54,453 nt of DNA from Candidatus Ozemobacteraceae bacterium (GTDB lineage Bacteria; Muiribacteriota; Ozemobacteria; Ozemobacterales; Ozemobacteraceae), in the NCBI GenBank assembly GCA_937998695.1, contig CALLCO010000232.1:1-54453 (forward strand). The letters run 5' to 3'. Shown here in pieces: positions 9,232-18,293 of this stretch. Both the position numbers and the translations under genes were made by a program. Within the stretch, counting starts at the first letter, position 1; every line of letters starts with the position of its first letter. Below the pieces are notes generated by a model. The model was not told the DNA's origin. It ran no database searches and worked only from the letters and a program-made list of their open reading frames with translations.

Positions 9232-10518
9232 ATGACTGCTGATTCCTTCCCTCCCACCCCCGCCCCCTCCAGGGGGAAGAAGGCACCGCCGGCGCCCCCC
9301 CTGGCGCTGACCGGCCGGCCCGTTGTGCTCCTGCGGATGCAGAACTACAACAAAGTCAGCTTCGGCGCCCTGCTGGGAGCCGTGCCACCTGACCTGCTGG
9401 CCCGGGTCGAGATCCTGATCTGGGAAAAATATGGCCCGCCGCCGCCGATTCCCGCCGATCACCCCACCCTCCGCCTGTATTCCTTCATGATGCCGCATGC
9501 CGATCAGGTCTCGGCCGAACTGACCCGCCTCCGGGCTCATCTGCCTCCCGGGCACCGCCATTTCTTCGTGGTCGGAGGCGCCCAGGCCACCACCAACCCC
9601 GAAACCATGGACGGCCTCGCCTTCGATCTCGTGGTATCGGGCGAGGGGGAAGCGTTCTTCCCGAGCCTGCTCACCGACTGGCTCGCCGACTCGCCTCCCC
9701 GGGGGCGCATCCAGACGGGCCCGGAATGGGTCGACCTCGACCGGTACCCGGGCTTCCACCCGGCCATCGGCTACCTTCCCCCGATCGAGATCAGCCGGGG
9801 CTGCCGGTTCGGATGCAATTTCTGCGCCGTACCCCGGCTCTACCGCGGCACCTTGCGGCACCGCAGCATCCCACGCATCGTCGAGATCGCGGAGCGGTAC
9901 CGTGAGATTTTTCCCGCTCGACGACGTGTCAAATTTCTGTCATCGAACGCGTTCGCCTACGGTTCGGACGGCCGCATGCCGGAACCGGCCGCCCTGCATG
10001 ACCTGCTCGAGGCCATCCGCAAGGCCGGTTTTCCCCAGATCAACCTGGGGTCCTTCCCCTCAGAAGTCAGACCGGATTTCGTGACCCGCGAGGTCCTGGA
10101 GGTCGTCCGCCCCTACCTGACCAACCGCGAGATCGTCATCGGGTTGCAGTCCGGGCACGACGAACGGCTGGCCGCCATGCACCGGGGTCACACCCGGGAA
10201 CAGGCCATCCGAGCCCTGGAACTGCTGCGCGAGTATCATTTCACCCCCCACGTCGATTTCATCGTGGGTACTCCTGGCGAGACGGCCGCCCAGCAGCGCG
10301 AGATGGTGACGTTCATGGAGGAGCTGGTCAACCGGTTTGGCATCAGGATCCACATGCACACGTTCATGTCCCTCCCCGGTGCCAACTGGCAGGATCAACC
10401 CACCCGGGCGGTCATCCCCGAGGTGCACGAGAGCCTGCGCCGCCTGGCACGGGCGGGTGTCCTCGACGGCTGGTGGGAGAACCAGATCGGCTACGCTCGC
10501 AAGAAAGCGGGACTTTGA
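9232..10518 (+). CDS. B12-binding-domain radical SAM protein (resembles TIGR04013/MJ1487 family)
   Basis: IEISRGCRFGCNFC (CxxxCxxC), VVGGAQAT, SGEGE, GSFPSEVRPDFV, HMHTFMSLPG. Confidence 0.85.
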   Translation: MTADSFPPTPAPSRGKKAPPAPPLALTGRPVVLLRMQNYNKVSFGALLGAVPPDLLARVEILIWEKYGPPPPIPADHPTLRLYSFMMPHADQVSAELTRLRAHLPPGHRHFFVVGGAQATTNPETMDGLAFDLVVSGEGEAFFPSLLTDWLADSPPRGRIQTGPEWVDLDRYPGFHPAIGYLPPIEISRGCRFGCNFCAVPRLYRGTLRHRSIPRIVEIAERYREIFPARRRVKFLSSNAFAYGSDGRMPEPAALHDLLEAIRKAGFPQINLGSFPSEVRPDFVTREVLEVVRPYLTNREIVIGLQSGHDERLAAMHRGHTREQAIRALELLREYHFTPHVDFIVGTPGETAAQQREMVTFMEELVNRFGIRIHMHTFMSLPGANWQDQPTRAVIPEVHESLRRLARAGVLDGWWENQIGYARKKAGL

Positions 10519-10967
10519 GTCCGAAAGAATCAATAGGTTCCCCACCTTCCTCGTGATCCTGTCATACCGGCGAAAACCCAAACCGTGAAATCATCACCTC
10601 ATCTTTGGGGGCTTCAATCCGCAGGGTCATGTGATTCTCGGCGCTCTGGAGGTGGAGAGCCGGGGAAAGGTATTTCGGAGCCTTGGGCCGGCTTGCCGCA
10701 AGATCCTCATGGAGCCGGCCGAATCGGTCCGAAGGCGAGGCGGATGGCCGCCCCGCCGCATCGACGTCCCACGAGGCCGGGATGGCTTCGCGCCTCGCAG
10801 AGCGCCTGGGATGACGCTGCTGCGAAATTGGACGCCGATTCGAGCTGAGCCTGTGGCAACCGATGCAAGCCGACGGCATGGGATCTGGAGGTAAGGCCGG
10901 CCCAAGGCCCTGGCCATGCAGAAAAGCGCGCGATCCGCAAATGCCCCTGTTCGATCCGAAAGTCGGG

Positions 10968-10996
10968 TTGACTTGGGTCTTCGATCATGGTAGCAT
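10968..10996 (+). promoter_or_regulatory. Sigma70-type promoter for the tRNA pair
   Basis: TTGACT-17 nt-TAGCAT with TG extension, 12 nt upstream of tRNA-Gln. Confidence 0.7.
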
Positions 10997-11008
10997 AGAC
11001 ACTACCAT

Positions 11009-11079
<71 letters not shown>

Positions 11080-11087
11080 CTCTCAAT

Positions 11088-11161
11088 GGCCCCATGGTGT
11101 AACCGGCTAACACGCAGCCCTCTCAAGGCTGAGAGCGCGGGTTCGAGTCCCGCTGGGGCTA
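11088..11161 (+). tRNA. tRNA-Glu (anticodon CTC)
   Basis: Acceptor GGCCCCA/TGGGGCT; anticodon arm CAGCC-CTCTCAA-GGCTG; T arm GCGGGTTCGAGTCCCGC; CCA not encoded. Confidence 0.95.
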
Positions 11162-11196
11162 CCGGGGGGTGGTTGCAAGCCATCCCGCACCGTGTC

Positions 11197-11230
11197 GAAA
11201 ACCCGCCCACAAGGCGGGTTTTCTGCTTCT
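11197..11230 (+). terminator. Intrinsic terminator after the tRNA pair
   Basis: GAAAACCCGCC-CACAA-GGCGGGTTTTC hairpin with T-rich tail. Confidence 0.8.
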
Positions 11231-11658
11231 GAGCCTTTCCGTTCGTCCTCCTTCGTCGACCGAACCGGGCAAGGGTGATTCGCCTGGGATGAGGCGGCCC
11301 CTGGAGGCAATCACCGCTCGATCTTCCTCTTCCTGAATCATCCCCGCTTCTGCGCCTCTTTCCCACCGCCCGTCAATTGGGGATAGCTTGGGTGCCCACC
11401 CTCTATTGAACAAGTACTTCAGGCCTTGAGAACGCGCCGTCTTCCGCTCTGAGGCAGGGTGCGGTAGAATGGGACCGATGCATGAGGCATCCGTGTCCAC
11501 CCGGGCCGCCTTCCTGGGGCTGGCCGGAGCGTTGGTGGTCATCGCCCTGGCCATGGTGCCGGAAGGTCGTACCCCTTATTTCCTGGGGGCGCGGGTTTTC
11601 GAGGGGGCCCTGGCTTGTTTCGGGCTGGCCCTGGGGGCCGGTAAGGCCCGACGACCGA

Positions 11659-12816
11659 TCAGACCGGTTGACCGAACTTGCCGGCCAGGGCCCGGTAGGC
11701 CTCCTGGACCCGCTGGTATTCACGTTGAGCGAACTCCCGAAAGCTGTCGGGCAGAGTCGGATAGAGATCGGGGTGATATTCCCGGCTCTTCTTCTGCCAG
11801 GCTTCGGCGATGGCCTCCCAGGAAGCGCCCGGGGCCAGCCCCAAAACCTTGTACCAGGGGAAATCCTCGGGCTGGAAATCGGCCGCCATCTTCTCGAACT
11901 CGGCATCGCCGATACCGAACCGCCGCCGGATGCCATCGATCAGGGTCAACTCGCTCGCCTTGAGCTCGCCATCGGAAGAAGCGATGCTCAACAGCAGGGC
12001 GATGATGACCTGCTTCTCCTGAGCCGGCCGGTCAGCCAGCTTGGCCAGCACCGGCTCGAGATCGGGAGGCTCGGCCAGGAACCGCTTCAGGATCTGCCGT
12101 GCCTGGCCCATCTTGGCGGGTTGCCCCTGGAAGAGCCGGGCATGGAACTCGCGCACCACCTGGATCTCCTCGGGCTTGATCACCCCGTCGACCCGGATGA
12201 CCGCCGAAGTCAGCGCCACCACCCCTTCCTCGAAGAGATCGAGCTCGTCGGGGGAGGCGGGCGGGCGTGGCGCCAGCAGGGCCCAGCGGTCGGCGAACAG
12301 CTCGGGCAAATCGAGAGGCCCGCCGGTGGACAACACGAACTCGGGCTGGTCATCGAGGAGGGTGAACAGGCACAGCCAGGGGTCCCGGCCGTCGGGGCCG
12401 CCGCTGAGGACCCCGTAGGGGATGAACACCCGCTCTTCCAGGTCGGTGATGGTGGCAATGGTGGTCATGTATTCCTTCCGCATCAGGAACCGGCCCTGCG
12501 GATCGGCATAGATGGGGATCGAAGAGACCAGCGCTTCGCCAGTCGTGCGATCGACGACGGTCAGGAGGTGATCGCCACGGCAGTGCCGAAACCCGTGCAG
12601 ACGGGCCTTCCAGGTCACGCTCATGCCGAAGATACCGAAACGGTAGCCTTTTGGTTCGATCGGCAGGATCTGCAGCGACCCCTGCCGGGTCTTGGGCTGG
12701 AAGTCGAACGCCTTCCCCAACTGCGCCAGCGGGGCCGTGCGCCCCGCCCCCGGCGAGGCTTCGCGCCCGAGGATGAACCCGAGAATCTCCGCGGCGAACG
12801 GGCCGCTGCCCTTCAT
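11659..12816 (-). CDS. TerB-like plus C-terminal J-domain co-chaperone (DjlA-like) with unknown N-terminal domain
   Basis: VIRVDGVIKPEE and IASSDGELKASE (TerB-like); WYKVLGL...EYHPD...VQEAY (J-domain with HPD); ATGA overlap with upstream stop. Confidence 0.85.
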   Translation of the reverse strand: MKGSGPFAAEILGFILGREASPGAGRTAPLAQLGKAFDFQPKTRQGSLQILPIEPKGYRFGIFGMSVTWKARLHGFRHCRGDHLLTVVDRTTGEALVSSIPIYADPQGRFLMRKEYMTTIATITDLEERVFIPYGVLSGGPDGRDPWLCLFTLLDDQPEFVLSTGGPLDLPELFADRWALLAPRPPASPDELDLFEEGVVALTSAVIRVDGVIKPEEIQVVREFHARLFQGQPAKMGQARQILKRFLAEPPDLEPVLAKLADRPAQEKQVIIALLLSIASSDGELKASELTLIDGIRRRFGIGDAEFEKMAADFQPEDFPWYKVLGLAPGASWEAIAEAWQKKSREYHPDLYPTLPDSFREFAQREYQRVQEAYRALAGKFGQPV

Positions 12817-14264
12817 TCCTTGCCTCCGAACATTATCCACATCTGCAGCATCTTGATGGTATGGGGGTCGACCTTCCCCGCCATCCCGCCCCCCTCGTCG
12901 CAAAAGGACATGAACCGATCGAGCTTGGCCTTGCGGAAATAGGCCAGCACCACCACCGGATCGTTCAGCGGGAAGTATTTCCCGGTACCGGTGGTGTGGC
13001 AGGGCAGACATTCCTTGACCATGACGGGAAGAATATCCTGGTAGAAGCTCAGGTTCGTCATGCGCTGCTTCTTCGTCATCGTCCAGTAAGGACGCACCCG
13101 GCCGCTTCCCTCGCCTCCGGCGGCTGGGGATCCTCCGGCGACTGGGCTTCCTCCAACCGCCGGTCCAGGGGGCGTCCCCGCCGGTGGCCGCCCTGGATCA
13201 GTTTTAGGGGGGGGGAAGACCACGACGTCACGCAAGGGGGATCCTCCAGCGGGAGGGGGCGATCCCGTTCCGGTCATCACCAGAGAACCGGCTCCGGGCT
13301 CGCCCGGCAGGCGCAGGATGCCCAGGCCGCCGGTGCCAACCCAGAACGTCCCGTCACTGCGGCCCAGGGCGGTCACCGGCACCGGCCCCGCAACCTCGGG
13401 CAGGGGCACCTCCTCGACCGCTCCCCCGGCGCGGGCCAGGAACAACCCCCGCGCGGTGCCGCACAGCACGTTGCCCCCCGCCGTGGGCCACACGGCATGG
13501 AAGCGGGCGGTGGGAAAGCGGTCCCGTCCCCAGGCCTGCCGCCGCCCATCGGGAGCCACGGCCACTAGTCCAAACTCCCCGGCGGCATAAATGGTGCCGT
13601 TGTCAAGGGCGACGGCATCGACCGCCGGTTCGGGATAGACCCCCAGGTTGACGGGAGTGACGGCATTGGCGGCCGTGATCCGAAATGCCCCCATCGCCGT
13701 CGCGGCGACCACTTGTGCACCATCGGCGGCCAGACCGCGGATGGCCAGAGGCACGGGACCGGGCAGGGGAATGGTTTCACACAGCAACCCAGTGTAAACA
13801 CACAAGCCTTCGCGAGTCCCGATGAACAGGCGGTTGCCCAGGGCGGCCAGGGCCTCGACGAAGCTGTCCGGCAACCCCAGATCGCTCTGGGAAAACGTGC
13901 GCCAGCGGTCGCCCTCCAGGCGGGCCAGGCCGTGTCCATGGGTGCCGACCCACACCTGTCCGCCGGCCACCGTCACGGCACGCGCCGAGGCATCGGGGAA
14001 GCCGCGGTCCCCCCGGCGCCAGCTCTCGAGGCGGTCAGGCCGGACCAGGGTCACCCCGTTGGGGGTAGCGACCACCAGGGTATCCCCCTGGTCCGCCACG
14101 GCCTGGATGTGATTGTCGACCAGCCCGCTGTTGCCCCGGAAGAACCGCATAGCGGTCGGCTGCCCCTGCAGCCGCTGGCCAACCCCCAGTGCCAGAACCA
14201 GGACGACGGTCACCAGAACGGTCACCCCCCCCACCACCCATCGCATCGGACGGAATCGGTTCAT
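12813..14264 (-). CDS. Exported beta-propeller (Reg_prop-like) protein with C-terminal c-type cytochrome domain
   Basis: N-terminal TM/signal; blades VWVGTHGHGL, LFIGTREGL, FWVGTGGLGI; Pro/Gly linker; LSFYQDILPVMVKECLPCH (CxxCH at 12996-13010) and downstream GGGM. Confidence 0.82.
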   Translation of the reverse strand: MNRFRPMRWVVGGVTVLVTVVLVLALGVGQRLQGQPTAMRFFRGNSGLVDNHIQAVADQGDTLVVATPNGVTLVRPDRLESWRRGDRGFPDASARAVTVAGGQVWVGTHGHGLARLEGDRWRTFSQSDLGLPDSFVEALAALGNRLFIGTREGLCVYTGLLCETIPLPGPVPLAIRGLAADGAQVVAATAMGAFRITAANAVTPVNLGVYPEPAVDAVALDNGTIYAAGEFGLVAVAPDGRRQAWGRDRFPTARFHAVWPTAGGNVLCGTARGLFLARAGGAVEEVPLPEVAGPVPVTALGRSDGTFWVGTGGLGILRLPGEPGAGSLVMTGTGSPPPAGGSPLRDVVVFPPPKTDPGRPPAGTPPGPAVGGSPVAGGSPAAGGEGSGRVRPYWTMTKKQRMTNLSFYQDILPVMVKECLPCHTTGTGKYFPLNDPVVVLAYFRKAKLDRFMSFCDEGGGMAGKVDPHTIKMLQMWIMFGGKE

Positions 14265-14274
14265 GGTTCCCCCC

Positions 14275-15285
14275 TCACAGCCGCTTCAGAATGGCCAACC
14301 CCTTCTCGGTACCGACATACAGCCGGGACACGCCATCCGCCCCACGGCCGACCGCCAGGCACCGGATTTGGTGCGCGGGCAGGCCATCGCGGTGATCGAT
14401 GGGAGGCTCGATCCGGCCGGCCCGCAACACTTGTAGCCCTTTGGCGGTGCCGATCCATAGATCAGTTCCATCGACGGCCAGCGCGGTGATCCAGCCGTCG
14501 GCCAGGCCGCTCTCTTTTCCCAGCAGTCGCCAGGCCCCGTTCTCGAAGACCTGCAGGCCCAGGGTCGAACCGGCATAGACCCGGTCGGGCAGGGTCGCCA
14601 GGGCGGTGATGCGGTCGGCCGGTAACCCGGAAGACAAGGTGTAGTTGGTCACCAGGGGGCGATCGCCCTCCTGGCCACGATAGACGCTGATGCCGGCCAT
14701 GGTGCCGATCCACAGTTCGCCGGGCCGGCTGGCCAGGCACATGATCTGGTTGCTAACGATGCCCTTCTTGGTGGCCAGATACCCGAACTTGCGGAACGGG
14801 TTGGTCTCGTGGACGTAGTAGTTGAGCCCCTGGTCGTCGGTGCCGATCCACAGGACGTTCTTGTCATCGACATGGAAACAGGAGACGTAGTTCGACTGCA
14901 TGTCGTCCTTGATCTCCTCGAACCATTCCCATTGCAAGCCGTCCCAGCGGTAGGTGCCGCCGCCGGCAACCGGCGAACGGCAGGTGGTCCACAGTTCGTT
15001 GCCCCGTACCGCCATGGCCGGAATCGACAGGAACTTGAGTTTCGAATTCTGCGGGGTCCAGTGGGTGATAGTACCGTCCTTCTTCAACACGTTCAGGTAT
15101 TTCCTGGTGCCGATGTACACATGATCGGGGCCCACCGCCAGCGACAGGACCACCGGGTGGCTCAACCCCTCCTTGGGGGTCAGGACCCGCTCCAACTGGA
15201 TGCCCGCCGGCATCACCGCGCCGGCCGGGGAAATGGCCGCCACCAGGCACCCCAGGATGATCACCCACAATCCGGTCCGTCTCAT
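14275..15285 (-). CDS. Secreted beta-propeller (Reg_prop-like) protein
   Basis: Signal peptide; about 7 blades of the type GL.....I..LA.....LWIGT..GL. Confidence 0.88.
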   Translation of the reverse strand: MRRTGLWVIILGCLVAAISPAGAVMPAGIQLERVLTPKEGLSHPVVLSLAVGPDHVYIGTRKYLNVLKKDGTITHWTPQNSKLKFLSIPAMAVRGNELWTTCRSPVAGGGTYRWDGLQWEWFEEIKDDMQSNYVSCFHVDDKNVLWIGTDDQGLNYYVHETNPFRKFGYLATKKGIVSNQIMCLASRPGELWIGTMAGISVYRGQEGDRPLVTNYTLSSGLPADRITALATLPDRVYAGSTLGLQVFENGAWRLLGKESGLADGWITALAVDGTDLWIGTAKGLQVLRAGRIEPPIDHRDGLPAHQIRCLAVGRGADGVSRLYVGTEKGLAILKRL

Positions 15286-15329
15286 CTGTCTTACCCTCCC
15301 GCAAAGGCTGTGATAGGGCCAGAATAGCG

Positions 15330-15362
15330 AAAAACCCGGGGAGACGCAAGGTCTCCCCGGGT
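15330..15362 (-). terminator. Intrinsic terminator after the large secreted protein gene
   Basis: Perfect 12-bp stem ACCCGGGGAGAC/GTCTCCCCGGGT, 5-nt loop, T-run on minus strand, 16 nt past the stop. Confidence 0.85.
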
Positions 15363-15378
15363 CGAGAGCGGCTGGGAA

Positions 15379-18159
15379 CTACTGCCGGCGCTGGTGGTCT
15401 TCGATGGTGCGGTTGTCGGACTTGAGGTCGAGCACCTTCACCCGGAAGAACAGGCGCTGTTCGTTGGGCTGGGTGTCGAAGGGCACGTCGCGGACGGTGT
15501 ATTCCACGCGATAGAGGCCGGGGTTGCGGAAGATGTGGTAGAACTTCAGATCGGGCTTGAACTGGCTCAGGCGACCGTTGTAGGGCTGGTCGAAGACCGA
15601 GCGTTCGATTTTTTCGTCCTTGTTGCCGTTCTCATCTTCCAGCAGTTCGAACTTCCCGGTGGGATTGCCGTTGGCATCGAGTTCCTGGATCTGCATCTTG
15701 TAGTAGCTGATGCCGCGGTGCTTGTGGAAGTTGTCGATGTTGTCCCAGGCGTGGGCCGCGATGTTGATGCGGGTGTCTTCGTAGATCACCTTGTCGCCGG
15801 TGAGCAGCGAGGACCCGATCGGGGGCTGGAGGCCTTCGCCCGACTTGTTGATACTGATCTCCTTGGTGGTGAGGTCGTGGTCGCCCAGGTAGGAACCCTG
15901 GCCATACTCGCTGGCAATGCCGGTCTTGAGATCTTTCACGACCAGTTTGTCGCCATAGTCGAGCTGGTCATCGGCCGGCACGCCAACCACATGATCGTTG
16001 CCATTGGCATCGGTCAACGTGCACTCGCAGTTGGGAGTGGAGCCTTCGCCGCTGTCGCTGACCTTCAGGAAGCCGACCTGGTTGGTGGTATTGCCGCAGC
16101 AGTCGGCCATATCGACCTTGAACATCAGGTCGGGAACCTTCTGCATCCACTCGTGGCCGTATTTGTTGATGAAGTTGGAGTTGGTGCCGGCCACCTGGAG
16201 CTCGAGGGGAACTCCGGCATCGGCGGCAGTGCCGACTCGATGCCATTTGCCATCGTTGCCCAGGACGAAGTTCTGGCTGTCGGTAGCCATTTGCTCGCCG
16301 GAGTGGCGCCCACCCGCAGTAGAATCCCACTCGATGGAATTGACCGCGAAGTGCTTGGGCAGCAGAACGCGAGGGCCGGGAATCATCCAGGAGGCTTGCT
16401 TGACCTCCTGGCCGTCGACGGTGACGTTCTTCTCCTCGTAAATGCCGGCGATCTTCTCGAATTCGATGGGACCGACACAGTAGCGGCCGCCGTCCTTGAA
16501 CTCGATGTAAGAGAAGCGGTTGTAATCGGTCTTGCCGTTGGCGGCGAGGTGGGCCTTGAAAGCCGCGAGGTCGGCGGCGGCTTTCTTCCCGCGTTCGCCC
16601 ATTTCTTTGTAGTCGTTGATCATGGCATCGATCTCGGGACCGACATCGATCGGGCGGCCATCTTTGTCTTTCTTCCCGGTGACGTGGCTGTTGAGGGTCT
16701 TGATCTTCAGCAGGCCGCTGTTGCGCTCGTCGAGGATGAAGTAGCACAGGCCGCGGGCCCAGGGGGCCAGGCTCTTGGCGCTGTAGGCATTGGCATACCG
16801 GTTGGTGATGTAGTCCTCAACCTCTTCGGAGCTGCGGCGGCTCCACATCGGATCGATGTTCTTGTAGTAATCGTATTCCTCGGCCTTCTTGGCGGGGCCG
16901 ACGTAGGGCCCGTAGACCACGGTGTCGTCGAAGACCGGGGGATTGTCGGAGATCTTAATTCGCTCCCAGGAAGAGCCGTTCCAATTCATTTTGTAGGTCG
17001 GAGCCAGGTAGACGAAGTAAATGTAGGGCTCGGAGGTCGGGTCATCCGGATCATAGCCGGGATTATCGAGCTTGTACAGATCCATGTTGCCGCACTCGTA
17101 GTTCATGCTGGCCTTGAGGCGGTCGGAACTGACAACGGCATTGGGGTTGTCGTCCTCAATCTCGAACAGAATGCCCTTGACCTTCTTCCAGGAGTTAGAG
17201 CTCTTCTCGTAGACGGAGTCGACGAACCCGCCGGCATTGCCGCGGTAGATCTTGACTTCGGTGGACTTGACGGTGGGGGCGGAATAATCTTCGACGTACA
17301 CACGGTTGACCGCGGTGAACCCCCCCAGATCGCTCTTCAGACCGAACTTGTCGGGGGTGTCGTTGATGATCTTCTTGCTCTCCCAGGCGGTGGGTTCGCT
17401 GTTGAGCTGGGCGGGGCTGATCGTGTTAGTATCGATGACGCTGTCGTCGGCATTGCCAAAATAGCCGTCGCCGGAGACCCCGGAGGGGGTAACCTGGGCG
17501 CGCTCGTAGGTCAGGGTCATGCCGACTTCTTGCAGCACGGTGGAGCCTTTGGTGTCATCGGTCCCGGAGATACCGGAGTCGAAGGGTTTCTTGTGCACGT
17601 TGGGATAGATCTTGGGGTCCCAGGTCTTGTCGCCGGTGCCGTTAACGATATTGCGCATGTAGGTGACCGCCTTCTCGGCACCGGAGGCTTTGTAGAAGGG
17701 GGTCCAGACCTCGCCGCCGGAAGCGCCGTTGACCCCGCCGCTATTTTCACCCTCGCCAGCATCCTCAAAGACCCAGTTGTATTTGACGTTCCTGTAGACG
17801 AACCATTTTCCCGCGTCGGTGCCGGAGACGACCTTCACCAGGAAGGGGTATTTGGACGCGGTGGAGCCGGTGTTGCGGTAGATCCGCACGTTGTCCTTGA
17901 TGCGGTTGTCGAAACCGCGGACGACCGGCTCGGGCTCGACCATGGGAATCCACATGCCGATCTGGGATTCCGCCTTGTCGATCATGTCGGGGATTCGCCG
18001 GATTTCGTTCTTGGGAATGGACATGATCCCCACGGGGTGTTTGGACGGATCGTTCGTGTCATAACGGGTGTCGGTGGCCACTCCGCTCACGTCCGCCGCA
18101 AAGGCCGCGGGGGCCAACACACACAGGACCGCCAGGGCCAACCAAATCCTTTTCACCAT
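15379..18159 (-). CDS. Large (926 aa) secreted hypothetical protein, probably beta-sandwich rich
   Basis: SD GGAGGG; signal peptide MVKRIWLALAVLCVLAPAAFA; D/N/K/Y-rich composition; strong codon bias; Ig-like hallmarks (DYSAPT, ADCCGN, HIFRNPGLYRVEYTVRD). Confidence 0.85.
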   Translation of the reverse strand: MVKRIWLALAVLCVLAPAAFAADVSGVATDTRYDTNDPSKHPVGIMSIPKNEIRRIPDMIDKAESQIGMWIPMVEPEPVVRGFDNRIKDNVRIYRNTGSTASKYPFLVKVVSGTDAGKWFVYRNVKYNWVFEDAGEGENSGGVNGASGGEVWTPFYKASGAEKAVTYMRNIVNGTGDKTWDPKIYPNVHKKPFDSGISGTDDTKGSTVLQEVGMTLTYERAQVTPSGVSGDGYFGNADDSVIDTNTISPAQLNSEPTAWESKKIINDTPDKFGLKSDLGGFTAVNRVYVEDYSAPTVKSTEVKIYRGNAGGFVDSVYEKSSNSWKKVKGILFEIEDDNPNAVVSSDRLKASMNYECGNMDLYKLDNPGYDPDDPTSEPYIYFVYLAPTYKMNWNGSSWERIKISDNPPVFDDTVVYGPYVGPAKKAEEYDYYKNIDPMWSRRSSEEVEDYITNRYANAYSAKSLAPWARGLCYFILDERNSGLLKIKTLNSHVTGKKDKDGRPIDVGPEIDAMINDYKEMGERGKKAAADLAAFKAHLAANGKTDYNRFSYIEFKDGGRYCVGPIEFEKIAGIYEEKNVTVDGQEVKQASWMIPGPRVLLPKHFAVNSIEWDSTAGGRHSGEQMATDSQNFVLGNDGKWHRVGTAADAGVPLELQVAGTNSNFINKYGHEWMQKVPDLMFKVDMADCCGNTTNQVGFLKVSDSGEGSTPNCECTLTDANGNDHVVGVPADDQLDYGDKLVVKDLKTGIASEYGQGSYLGDHDLTTKEISINKSGEGLQPPIGSSLLTGDKVIYEDTRINIAAHAWDNIDNFHKHRGISYYKMQIQELDANGNPTGKFELLEDENGNKDEKIERSVFDQPYNGRLSQFKPDLKFYHIFRNPGLYRVEYTVRDVPFDTQPNEQRLFFRVKVLDLKSDNRTIEDHQRRQ

Positions 18160-18293
18160 ATTCCCTCCAGTTGTTTGTTGGAGCCGGGTACGCCGGTCTC
18201 CGCGCATGCCCTCTTGTTCATCCTCGTCTACGCGTCTTTCTGGGTTGCCGTTCACCTCCGATTGTTTTTTTCACATTCAATCCCCCTAGGGGA

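Noticed and set aside
10519-10960. Possible ncRNA in the long intergenic region before the tRNAs
   Set aside because: Only a generic GC hairpin near 10636-10667; no motif of a known RNA family recognisable. An Rfam scan would be needed.
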